Shown here in pieces: positions 28,303 through 37,183 of a stretch of 64,000 nucleotides of DNA (positions within the stretch are counted from its first letter, which is position 1; each line of letters opens with the position of its first letter). Under the pieces are notes generated by a model that saw only the letters and a program-made list of their open reading frames with translations, was not told the DNA's origin and made no database searches. Source of the DNA: an uncultured virus (IMG/VR IMGVR_UViG_3300034284_002793) (Duplodnaviria > Heunggongvirae > Uroviricota > Caudoviricetes); the IMG/VR virus record IMGVR_UViG_3300034284_002793, positions 1 through 64,000 of that record. One strand, given 5' to 3'. Position numbers and translations under genes: made by a program.

Positions 28303-28396
28303 TGGTGGTTGATGTGGGAATCGAACCCACGCTCGGCCCTCATCTAGGGCACACAGTTTATAAAACTGTCGATGCTTCCAATTACATTAATCAACC
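28303..28396 (-). tRNA. tRNA with TAT anticodon (Ile) and long variable arm, CCA encoded
   Basis: GGTTGAT/ATCAACC-A-CCA; ACAGT-TTTATAA-ACTGT; V arm GCCCT-AGATG-AGGGC. Confidence 0.88.
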
Positions 28397-28403
28397 ATAA
28401 AAT

Positions 28404-28490
28404 TGGTAGCGGGGGTGGGATTTGAACCCACGAGGCCAAAGGGCGGTACGTTATGAGCGTACTGAGCTACCAGACTGCTCGCACCCCGCA
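28404..28490 (-). tRNA. atypical initiator-like tRNA(CAT) with variable arm, CCA encoded
   Basis: TGCGGGG/CCCCGCT with 1:72 mismatch; GAGC/GCTC D stem; GTACG-CTCATAA-CGTAC; 14-nt variable region. Confidence 0.85.
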
Positions 28491-28626
28491 ATTAAAAAAT
28501 ATTAGCTATTATACACAGATTGTGTTGCCCATTTAGCTCAGGGTCGTGGCTTGATTGTTTTTAGGCTCAAGTCTTAGAAGGCCAATGTCTAGTATGTTCT
28601 TACAATTATTGTATTAAAAATCTTCT

Positions 28627-28866
28627 CTATTGTCTAATTTCTTGTTTGGTAACAATTCGTACAGTTACCATACCATCATCATGATAAGTAATATCACGGT
28701 TAATAATTTGCGCTGTGCCTTTGTATTTTTTGGCATCAGCGAATGCAGTATCAAATGCTTTGCCAGTTCCGTAATGCACTTGATTGATAACAATATTTTT
28801 ATCATTACCAATGCAATTAAGTGCTGGGATTAGCAGCAAACAGCTTGCAAAAATAAATGCTTTCAT
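28627..28866 (-). CDS. small secreted protein
   Basis: Signal peptide; TTGACT-17-TATCAT promoter 9 nt upstream. Confidence 0.7.
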   Translation of the reverse strand: MKAFIFASCLLLIPALNCIGNDKNIVINQVHYGTGKAFDTAFADAKKYKGTAQIINRDITYHDDGMVTVRIVTKQEIRQ

Positions 28867-28912
28867 CGTTTAAGGATGATAGGCTTTATTTATTTAAAAG
28901 TCAAACAGAAAA

Positions 28913-29059
28913 TTAATCTTCTTGATCATCAATGCCGTTTTTGGATGACTGATAGTTATCTACGCCATCAAAATCATCTTCATCAGTAGCATAAAGATCA
29001 ATAGAATTAAATTTGTTTAAATTATCGTCATCTTCATTAAGCCAAGATGGATTTAACAT
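28913..29059 (-). CDS. 48-aa very acidic peptide (not in ORF track)
   Basis: MLNPSWLNEDDDNLNKFNSIDLYATDEDDFDGVDNYQSSKNGIDDQED. Confidence 0.55.
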   Translation of the reverse strand: MLNPSWLNEDDDNLNKFNSIDLYATDEDDFDGVDNYQSSKNGIDDQED

Positions 29060-29094
29060 ATTTTATCTATTAAGATATTGGCAAAATTTAATAA

Positions 29095-29727
29095 TTAACT
29101 ACCAAATAATTCTTCCTGTGTTGGTAGGTTTTGCCAATTTACAACTTCCTGTTCGCCTTTTTCCTCCACAATTTCCTTTGATAACAAACTTGTTACACTG
29201 GGTTTAGACCAAAACTTACAACTCCAATAGCGAGCTTTCCATTTAGGACCAGGATTGTCACAGCCATGTCTAGCTCTAAAATTGCGCCGTCTTTCTGGAT
29301 CGTCGCGTTTTATTGACATATTCGGATCACCAAAATTTACTTTGACAATATTTCCCTTGTCATTCTTTACATAAACAGAAAATTTCTTTGGGCCACCTGG
29401 GGTTCTAAATGGCTTATTTAGTTTCTTTTTTGCTTCTTTGGCTTTTACTTCAGAAACTTCTTCTTCTGATCCGCAATCAAGATCAGCCTCGCATATAGAA
29501 TAATTAACAACTATTTTTTCTTCTTTGCCTTTTATGCTTTTTTTGATAGAGGTGCGTGATGGTTTTTTGTCAGTATATGATACTTTTCCACCGCGCCTTT
29601 TGTACTCATTTAAAATCCAAAGATTTTTAACATAACTGTTGCCGCTGAATTTTTTGTCAGCAGCTTGCCTCACTCTCTCATAAAGAGCATTGTCTTTGTA
29701 TTTTACTGATGCAAGAATGTCATCCAT
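29095..29727 (-). CDS. basic conserved phage protein
   Basis: KKFSVYVKN..G...KV.FGDPNMSIKR..P.RR..FRARH.C and YK.RGG motifs familiar from large phages. Confidence 0.75.
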   Translation of the reverse strand: MDDILASVKYKDNALYERVRQAADKKFSGNSYVKNLWILNEYKRRGGKVSYTDKKPSRTSIKKSIKGKEEKIVVNYSICEADLDCGSEEEVSEVKAKEAKKKLNKPFRTPGGPKKFSVYVKNDKGNIVKVNFGDPNMSIKRDDPERRRNFRARHGCDNPGPKWKARYWSCKFWSKPSVTSLLSKEIVEEKGEQEVVNWQNLPTQEELFGS

Positions 29728-29729
29728 AC

Positions 29730-30614
29730 TTACATTTTTTTGTTTTTTTCGCCCCCGCAACCAGCGTCATCAATCTCATTCATTTCGACCTCTTCAGTCT
29801 CAGATTTATAATTTGATGAACCGCAATTTGGACACTTTTCAGCTTTTTCGCCTTCGTATCCGCAATCTTCACATTCATATTCGTCTTCTTCTTCGTCTTC
29901 CGAAGATTTAATTTTTTTTGCCAAAACTTCTTTTGCTTCGGCTTTATTTTCTTCAACAAACATGATATAATTATGAATAGCCAACATATAATCTTCTGTA
30001 ATGGCTATTTTGCCTTGTAGCCAAGGCTCTGTTAAATTTTCTTTAACCATTGGGCTGTCAATGGCCGCAATAATATTTTCTGCATGCTTTTTGATAGAAT
30101 TTAAAGAGCCTAATGACATATGGAAGAAATCCATCTTGTACTCTTCCAAAGAGTCTTCCGAAGCAGTCAAGTTATGTTCTTTTTTTGTGCTTTCTGGAAT
30201 AGCATTTACAAATTCTTGACCTTTACTTTTTGCCTTGCGATAAAGTTTTTTAACAAAAGCATCGTAACTCATATTGCCGCCCATTCTGCCAAAATTGCTA
30301 ATAGCATCACGTACATCTTGAGGGCTTACGATTGGAAAACTGCGTGTTTCTGGAAATAAAAAGTCACTATCTTTTAGTTCACTGCGTTTTTTACCACCAT
30401 AAGTTTTTTGTGCAGCTTCGTTAATGATTAAAATTTCATTTCCTTCTGATCCTAAAACAACATCGGCGCTAGCTTTAGCTTTTTCCCACAGAGAATAGCA
30501 TACAGCAGCGCGCTGCTTTTGATTTTCAAAATCTTTGCCCATTGTATTGTCACCCATACATCTGGATACAAAGTCACTTTGCTTTTCTTTTCCTTTTGGG
30601 CTTGGTAATGGCAT
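29730..30614 (-). CDS. multi-module head-associated-type protein
   Basis: MPLP.P...E...FVSRCM..QRAAVC; R..LKDSDF.FP..R.FPI; EPW.Q.KI; C-terminal CxxC..CxxC. Confidence 0.65.
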   Translation of the reverse strand: MPLPSPKGKEKQSDFVSRCMGDNTMGKDFENQKQRAAVCYSLWEKAKASADVVLGSEGNEILIINEAAQKTYGGKKRSELKDSDFLFPETRSFPIVSPQDVRDAISNFGRMGGNMSYDAFVKKLYRKAKSKGQEFVNAIPESTKKEHNLTASEDSLEEYKMDFFHMSLGSLNSIKKHAENIIAAIDSPMVKENLTEPWLQGKIAITEDYMLAIHNYIMFVEENKAEAKEVLAKKIKSSEDEEEDEYECEDCGYEGEKAEKCPNCGSSNYKSETEEVEMNEIDDAGCGGEKNKKM

Positions 30615-30636
30615 AATTATTAATATTAATTACACC

Positions 30637-33219
30637 CTAATTTTCCAAAGTTTCCTTTGAATCTTTTAAATCCTTTAATTTGCAATAAATCTTGTTGGAC
30701 TGTATGCCTAAATCATTTATATAAATTGCGTCTGGCCCCTTTACGGCTCCAGAAATGACTACGATGTCGTTCTCTTCTGGAAGCTTGCCACCATTCTTGT
30801 CCATCATTTCTTGAATTTTATTGCGGTTACTGTCAAAAACCATAGCTGCGACTTCACTAGTTTCGTCAGAAATCATAACTTTAACATATTTATTGCCGCG
30901 CTGCGATGTTCGTTTGGTAACTTCTTGAACAACGCCAACAACCATTACTTTATCACCCTCTTTTTTGCTTTTAATATCAATAATAGAATTAAAAGATGGA
31001 TTCTTTTCTCGATAAATTTTATTTAAAGATTGCGAGTATGGATTTCCAAGAAGAGTATATTCATACCAAAAATTTGCCAGATCTTCATTTCTACTATTTA
31101 ATAAATAGATTTTTTTGTAAGGCTCATATTTTTTCTTAATAGTTTCAAACCTAGATGGCTTGATAATAAAATCACCATCGGTTGCATCTGAAAGCTTTTT
31201 AATATTATCAAGAATATCTGTTTCTCCATTGGCAAACATTTGACGGATCATGTTTTTTTCACGATCTGTAAGAATATTGTATGTTTGAGCTTCTAATGCT
31301 AGTTTAGATCTTGACTTGCCAAAGCCATCAAGCGCACCAGCTTGAATCATTGCCGAAAGAGCGCCAATATTAATTTTAGCTTCTTTAGCAGCATCAAAGC
31401 ATTCAATTTTATTTGTAAAATTAGAACGAAATGCAATAACATTTTTAAGAGTTTTTTCTGAAATACCCTTAATGGCTGAAAGTCCGTAGCGAATGTTATC
31501 ACCTTCAATTTTAAAATCAACATCTGATTTAGCCAAATGCGGCGGCAGCAGTTCAATGCCAAAAGCTTTCATTTCATGACAAATCAATCTTGATTGCTCA
31601 AGGAAATCTGATTCGTTAACAGCCATTCGTAGAAGTGCCAAGAAAAATTCTTTGGGATAATTAAACTTTAAATATGTGGTAATTGCAGAAAGAGATGCGT
31701 ATGGATAGGCATGCCCTGCACAGAATGAATAGTTCGCGCTGTCTTCGAGAATTTTCCAATAGAAATCAGCAATCTCTTCGCCAAGTTTTAGTTCTTTTGC
31801 TTTGGTATAAATAATCTCTTTCCATTTAGGCATCTCTTCGCGCTTTTTCTTACCAACAATCTTTCTTAAGGTTTCAGCTTCGCTCAGTGTGAGCCCAAAA
31901 ACTTTATGCCCAATCGCCATCATTTGCTCTTGGTACAGTGCAGCGCCACCAGTTCTTTTTAATACCTCATCAACCTTTGGGTGAAATTCTGGAAATTCTC
32001 CATAGTTTGCATATCGGGCATATTGCTCTGCGAAAGCTAAAGCCCCTGGTCTTGCAATTGCTACTACGGCAGCAAGCTGATCTAGATTTTTTGGCTTTAC
32101 TTGCTTACAAACATTATAATTTGTAAACGCCTCAATTTGAAAAATTCCATGCGGGTATTTTAAATCTTGTAAATGTGCATAAACAGTCTCGTAATCTTCA
32201 ACATCAATATCAAAATAGTTTATGCCCACTTGCGTACAAACATCTTGCACTACAGAAAGGCTTTTTAGACCCAAGATATCAAGTTTGAGATTTATTTTTC
32301 CTGCCCATTCCATGTTGTATGAAGAAACTCTCTCCTTGTCAGATGTCAGCTCCGTTGGGCAAAAATTATTAATATTTTCATAAGAAACAAGATTTCCAGA
32401 GGCGTGAACGCTTTTGTTCCTCATCAAGTCTTTTAATTGAATAGCTACATCGTAAATATCTTTATTTTCGTCACACCATTTTTTAAAATCTTCGTTATCT
32501 TTATATTCATCGTCAATTTCGTTAATCTTGCCAAACTTTGACTGGATCATAGAAGTAACAGCGTTCATCTCATCTTCTGTTTTATCTCCAACTGTCTTTC
32601 CGCAATCTTTGATTAAAGCTCTTCCAGATAGGGTGCTTGTATTTAAAATTTTTGCCGTCCTATTGGGGTAACGCTTTTCTAAGTACTTAATAACTTCTTG
32701 GCGACGATAATAGCAAAAATCCATGTCAATATCTGGCAAGAAGCTTCCATCAAAATAAACAATACCATCCACAATAGTTTTTTTGGCTCTTGTAGCTGAA
32801 ATGAATCTTTCAAAATAAAGATCATACTTGATAGGGTCTACCTTTGTAACTCCAATCAGATAAAGTATTAGGCTTGATGCTGCAGATCCGCGACCAGGCC
32901 CAGTTGGAATGTTTTCTTTTTCGCAAAAGTTGATCACATCCCAAATCATTAAAATATAGTCAACAAATCCAAGATCTTGCAGCACTTTGAATTCTTTAAC
33001 AGTACGCTCTTTGTATAAGTCAATATTTGCCCCATCTTCTTTTAATTTGGGAATAATTTTTTTAAAACCAGACTGGCAAAGAGCCTGTAAAAAGTCATCA
33101 TTTGATGCATCTTTTGATAGCCCAATTTTCTTTTTTTGAGTTGCTGTAAACTCAATAGTGGGACATCTTACGCCATGCAGAGGCAAGTCTAATTTATCAA
33201 AAGATTCTAGAAAGTTCAT
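30637..33219 (-). CDS. dnaE: DNA polymerase III alpha, polymerase portion lacking the PHP domain
   Basis: GPGRGSAASSL, LYFERF, PDIDMDF, KLDILGL, YQEQ, IRYGLSAIKG, C-terminal OB fold. Confidence 0.95.
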   Translation of the reverse strand: MNFLESFDKLDLPLHGVRCPTIEFTATQKKKIGLSKDASNDDFLQALCQSGFKKIIPKLKEDGANIDLYKERTVKEFKVLQDLGFVDYILMIWDVINFCEKENIPTGPGRGSAASSLILYLIGVTKVDPIKYDLYFERFISATRAKKTIVDGIVYFDGSFLPDIDMDFCYYRRQEVIKYLEKRYPNRTAKILNTSTLSGRALIKDCGKTVGDKTEDEMNAVTSMIQSKFGKINEIDDEYKDNEDFKKWCDENKDIYDVAIQLKDLMRNKSVHASGNLVSYENINNFCPTELTSDKERVSSYNMEWAGKINLKLDILGLKSLSVVQDVCTQVGINYFDIDVEDYETVYAHLQDLKYPHGIFQIEAFTNYNVCKQVKPKNLDQLAAVVAIARPGALAFAEQYARYANYGEFPEFHPKVDEVLKRTGGAALYQEQMMAIGHKVFGLTLSEAETLRKIVGKKKREEMPKWKEIIYTKAKELKLGEEIADFYWKILEDSANYSFCAGHAYPYASLSAITTYLKFNYPKEFFLALLRMAVNESDFLEQSRLICHEMKAFGIELLPPHLAKSDVDFKIEGDNIRYGLSAIKGISEKTLKNVIAFRSNFTNKIECFDAAKEAKINIGALSAMIQAGALDGFGKSRSKLALEAQTYNILTDREKNMIRQMFANGETDILDNIKKLSDATDGDFIIKPSRFETIKKKYEPYKKIYLLNSRNEDLANFWYEYTLLGNPYSQSLNKIYREKNPSFNSIIDIKSKKEGDKVMVVGVVQEVTKRTSQRGNKYVKVMISDETSEVAAMVFDSNRNKIQEMMDKNGGKLPEENDIVVISGAVKGPDAIYINDLGIQSNKIYCKLKDLKDSKETLEN

Positions 33220-33884
33220 TTCTTTCTTAGCCTATTCTTTTTTGAATAATTTAGCAACATTGTTTGTTCTGTTTTTTGCATTTCGACTTTTAATCTTGGG
33301 ACACCAATATGATCAGCAATTCCTAGTTGATATGTCGCTTTTGCATCCAAATAAAGATCAGCGTTATTATTTTTAATAAGCATTTTTTCAAAAGTGCCAG
33401 ATTTCTTTTTGCAATTTTTATCCAGCATTAGAAGTAAATTACTATTTAGTTCAGAACAATGCTCTGCGCTAACAGCAATATCTGAGAATTTTCCATAATA
33501 CTCATGAGATACCTGATGGACAAGAACATAGCCATATTTTGAAATAAATCTCATTCCATGATCACCAGCAGATAACAAAACTGCGCCACAGCTAAACGCT
33601 TTTCCATCACAAATTGTAGCAACTTTTTTGGTAGAGCTTTCAATAATAGAAAGCATTGCATGGAGAGCATAAACATCGCCACCATAAGAATCTACGATTA
33701 TGGGAATAATTTCTTGATCAGAAGATTCGAGTCTGAAAAAATCTTCCCGAAATTCGTTAACTGCACCTTCGCAAATTTCATTAACAATAATAAAGTTATT
33801 GTTTTTTCTTTTATTTAAACCTTGTAAATCTTGAATATCGATTTCAAACGGCAAATCATCTTGATTAATTTTAATTTCTTTCAT
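33216..33884 (-). CDS. clpP: ClpP-family protease
   Basis: VDSYGGDV, G.AFSCG (Ser), LVHQ (His), D.YL.A (Asp), GIADHIG. Confidence 0.9.
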   Translation of the reverse strand: MKEIKINQDDLPFEIDIQDLQGLNKRKNNNFIIVNEICEGAVNEFREDFFRLESSDQEIIPIIVDSYGGDVYALHAMLSIIESSTKKVATICDGKAFSCGAVLLSAGDHGMRFISKYGYVLVHQVSHEYYGKFSDIAVSAEHCSELNSNLLLMLDKNCKKKSGTFEKMLIKNNNADLYLDAKATYQLGIADHIGVPRLKVEMQKTEQTMLLNYSKKNRLRKK

Positions 33885-34525
33885 TGGTTTAATAAGTAAA
33901 GTTGTTTTTTTAGAATTTGATATGTTAGTTCAACATCGTACAAGCCATTGTGAGCAAGACTTTTATCGTATGGGATGCTGTATTTCTTACAAAGGTATTC
34001 TACTGAAGTTTTAAGGCCTTTTCTATTAAAAGATTTAAGTTTAAAATTCCAAGCTGCTTGTGATTGGCCTTCAGGTTTTTGATATCCAATCTCTATAGCT
34101 TTTTCAATATTTTGAACATCGTATATTCGTTCAACATACGAGTAATCACTTTTCTTACCTAAAGATCTTCGAAAAGTGTTATGTATAAAAATATCAAAAC
34201 CAATCAGGTTAGCTCCAGAGATTAAAATGTCTCTATCGAATAAGTATTTCTCAAAATGTTCGAGAACTTCGCTTGGATCTTCGCTTTTTTGCTTGTATTC
34301 GCTATGAATAAAGCCAGTTATTCTTGCAGCATCTGTAGACATTTTTAAATCTGGCCAGAATGGAAAGCGATCATATTCTTCAATTTTTTCATTCCCTTGA
34401 TAAAGGCAGTAAGAAAGTTGCCAAGGTCTGGATGAAAATAAATTTAAATCCTCAGTTTCAAAATCGAAAATGAGCCACTTTTTATTATTATCAAATCTTA
34501 ATAAATTATTAATTTTACGAGCCAT
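33881..34525 (-). CDS. DEDDh 3'-5' exonuclease (Pol III epsilon-like)
   Basis: FDFETE, N..GFD, AHNGLYDV. Confidence 0.9.
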   Translation of the reverse strand: MARKINNLLRFDNNKKWLIFDFETEDLNLFSSRPWQLSYCLYQGNEKIEEYDRFPFWPDLKMSTDAARITGFIHSEYKQKSEDPSEVLEHFEKYLFDRDILISGANLIGFDIFIHNTFRRSLGKKSDYSYVERIYDVQNIEKAIEIGYQKPEGQSQAAWNFKLKSFNRKGLKTSVEYLCKKYSIPYDKSLAHNGLYDVELTYQILKKQLYLLNQ

Positions 34526-35270
34526 GAACTTCACCCTTCCATCGTTCAAAATTAAATGTATCAGAACTCATATAGTTTAATTCTGGTTTCGATAATTTAG
34601 ATTTGTTTAAAATACAGCGAAAAGATTGATATGCTTTGAAATTTTCTGGCTTTTCATAGAAAATTGACTGTGCTGGAGTTAAAGTGCAACCATGATCCGC
34701 AGAGCAATATAGCTCTAGAGCATCTTTTATAATTCCGTCAAACGGAAGACCATTATCTTCAACAAAGAAAGTATGCGGCATTCTAGACAGTGATGGTATG
34801 ATTTCAGAGAATGTCATTGTATTTTTAGCTACAAAAGAATCGTAAAATGGAAATGCTATGGTTAAATTCTTAGTGATGAGATCATTAAAGTTTTTCCAAT
34901 CAATTCTCGGCAAATAATAAAACCCATACTCACTAGCCCAAGCCCAAATCTTGATTAGGTCTTTATATCCTTTAGAATTTTTAATGAATAAAATAATTTT
35001 AGATTCATTTTTAAGACTTTCTTCTTTTGTTGAAGCATCGTCTGTGATGATCAATTTTAATCCAAAACGCAAATTTAAATCAAGATCTTTGCAGTTCGAA
35101 TATGCCTCAAGAAAACCAGTCATAACGCTTTCAACCAAATAAACATCTTGAATATTGTTATTTTTGCAAATATCAAGAATGGATTTAGGCCCAATCTCTG
35201 GACTTTCTTTATCTAAGGTTAAGATAGATCGCCCAGAATAATGGGATGTCCATAAAGGAACTTTAAGCAT
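34515..35270 (-). CDS. stand-alone PHP domain of DNA Pol III alpha
   Basis: SHYS..SIL, M.GF...Y, G, L..KN..GYKDL.K, YYLPRID. Confidence 0.85.
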   Translation of the reverse strand: MLKVPLWTSHYSGRSILTLDKESPEIGPKSILDICKNNNIQDVYLVESVMTGFLEAYSNCKDLDLNLRFGLKLIITDDASTKEESLKNESKIILFIKNSKGYKDLIKIWAWASEYGFYYLPRIDWKNFNDLITKNLTIAFPFYDSFVAKNTMTFSEIIPSLSRMPHTFFVEDNGLPFDGIIKDALELYCSADHGCTLTPAQSIFYEKPENFKAYQSFRCILNKSKLSKPELNYMSSDTFNFERWKGEVHGS

Positions 35271-35301
35271 TTTTTTATATTAGAGCTTGTTGGGGCAAAA
35301 A

Positions 35302-36309
35302 TCAATTAAAATCTGCACTGCCATAATGTGCGGGACAACCAGCGTATTCTAGCTTTTCCCATGACTGATTATCGCCTACCTTTTCGTACTGAAATTTTTC
35401 TAGATAATCTTTTTCAAGAACTGTTTTAATAATATTTTTATTCTCATCGAATAGTCTGTAGTAAGAAAATGGATCGCGGAATGAGCATTTCCATCCAGAC
35501 TTTGCGCCACACTTCCATCTTCTTGAATTATCATATAGAGCATAATCATTTTTTGCGTCTTGTTCGTCAAAATTAGAAATGATAGTATTCACATAAGATA
35601 AATAGTGCCGGAATCCTTCAATTTGCTCTTCAGTAAATTCAAGCTCTTGGAATGGATTTTTGGCAAATCGTAAAAAAATAAATCGACCAATTACCTTTTT
35701 AAAGTTTGGAATTTTACCAGCCTTCTTTAAGAAATGTGCTGCAAGAGTATACATCATAGCTTGCAAATTACTCTCAAGCTCTTCACCTCTAAACTGCTGC
35801 TTGCTTGACTTATAATCAGAAATAAAAATTGATTCTGTTTTTTTATTAAAAAGTATTTTATCTATATAGCCAACAATTCTAAATTCAAGCTCTTCGTCAA
35901 TAATATCAAAAGCATATTCCGAATCAAGAATTTCTTCGTGATCTTCTGGAAAAAATCCAGCTTCAAGACCTACCTTAATCATTTCATAAATTAAACCTAT
36001 GTTTGTTTTTTTTGATTTTTTATCCTCTTCAAACATTTCTAGCCCGTACTTATGACACTTGGCTCTTAAAAATCTTTTTATTAATGGGAACTTTTCAATA
36101 TCGCAATCTGCTTCGTGCATTTCTTTTGCAAAACGTATCCATTTCGGCTTTGTTAAGAGTTCAAAAAGGTCATGGCATACTGATCCTCTTAAAGCTCCAG
36201 AGTTTGTCGTGTCTGGAAGTTTAAGATGATATTTGCTCCAATATAGCCATGAGCACTCTCCAAGGGTTTTAACCCTAGAAGCTGAAAGCTTTGTTAGTTC
36301 TTTATCCAT
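35302..36309 (-). CDS. PD-(D/E)xK nuclease (RecB/AddB/Cas4-like)
   Basis: LSASR...C, G..CH, E..F, GYIDK, DYKS, Q...Y, C-terminal Cys. Confidence 0.88.
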   Translation of the reverse strand: MDKELTKLSASRVKTLGECSWLYWSKYHLKLPDTTNSGALRGSVCHDLFELLTKPKWIRFAKEMHEADCDIEKFPLIKRFLRAKCHKYGLEMFEEDKKSKKTNIGLIYEMIKVGLEAGFFPEDHEEILDSEYAFDIIDEELEFRIVGYIDKILFNKKTESIFISDYKSSKQQFRGEELESNLQAMMYTLAAHFLKKAGKIPNFKKVIGRFIFLRFAKNPFQELEFTEEQIEGFRHYLSYVNTIISNFDEQDAKNDYALYDNSRRWKCGAKSGWKCSFRDPFSYYRLFDENKNIIKTVLEKDYLEKFQYEKVGDNQSWEKLEYAGCPAHYGSADFN

Positions 36310-37183
36310 TTAAAATATTATTTATTTCTTCTTTTGAAGATTCACCCCAATCCTTACATTTAGGAAGGCGTATTTGAATCTGATCTTTGTTAAAAAATTC
36401 AAAAAGAGATTGCTGCATCTTTTCGGCAGCATTGTTTCCAGCAAAATTATTATCTGAATCATTATTTGTTGATATGATAATTCTATCAGGATCTGCTGCA
36501 ATTAGCGATTTTAATATTGCCCTACCCAGCTTAAGCCCGAATAAAACTAAAAAGTTTTTGACACCAGCTTCCCAAAGTGCAAGACCATCGCCAATAGATT
36601 CAACAAGGATAATTTCTTTTTTATTTAAAATATCATCTTTATTCAAAAATGCAGGATATACCCAAGAATCAACAGATCCGAGATGTTTCCATTTCGGAGT
36701 ATTTTTAGATATTTTTTTGCCAATCCATCGCCCAGATATGCCGATAAATTCATTACGGTTATTTTTGATTGGAAAGACGTAGCGATTATACATTGCGCTT
36801 TTGGTTGTTTTTGGTATAACTCCACCAAGAAAGAGTTCTAATGTGGCGTCACTAATACCCCTTTCATTCCAATAAGAGTGATTTTTTTGCAAGCTTTCTA
36901 ATTCACTTTTATCAAAAACTTCACCAGATGAAACTATAGTTTCTTTTTTAACTGGTATTTCTAAATTACCATCAAATTTTCCACCACTTATTTCTACAAG
37001 CTTTTTAAAATCCCCACCTGTACCCCTTGCAAAATCAATCCATTTGCCAGAATCTTTTAGAATTCTTAATGAAGAATCGTTATCTGAATCACGATAAATT
37101 GGCTTTGTGCGCCACTCCTTCCCGCGATCAAGAAGTGTATATCCCAACCCCTCTAGGACAGTTTTGAAATCTACACTTGTCAT
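36302..37183 (-). CDS. dnaG: DnaG-type primase (Toprim)
   Basis: YW.ERGIS, RYVFPI, GISGR, KWKH, LVESIGD. Confidence 0.88.
   Translation of the reverse strand: MTSVDFKTVLEGLGYTLLDRGKEWRTKPIYRDSDNDSSLRILKDSGKWIDFARGTGGDFKKLVEISGGKFDGNLEIPVKKETIVSSGEVFDKSELESLQKNHSYWNERGISDATLELFLGGVIPKTTKSAMYNRYVFPIKNNRNEFIGISGRWIGKKISKNTPKWKHLGSVDSWVYPAFLNKDDILNKKEIILVESIGDGLALWEAGVKNFLVLFGLKLGRAILKSLIAADPDRIIISTNNDSDNNFAGNNAAEKMQQSLFEFFNKDQIQIRLPKCKDWGESSKEEINNILNG

Noticed and set aside
28518..28600. Plus-strand tRNA (GCCCATTTAGCTCAG...) or theta ribozyme
   Set aside because: No T arm or acceptor partner, and no P3/L3 for an HDV-like fold; kept only as a low-interest structured element.
35302..36309. CRISPR-associated Cas4
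   Set aside because: No array or other cas genes; a solo PD-(D/E)xK nuclease in a replication operon.
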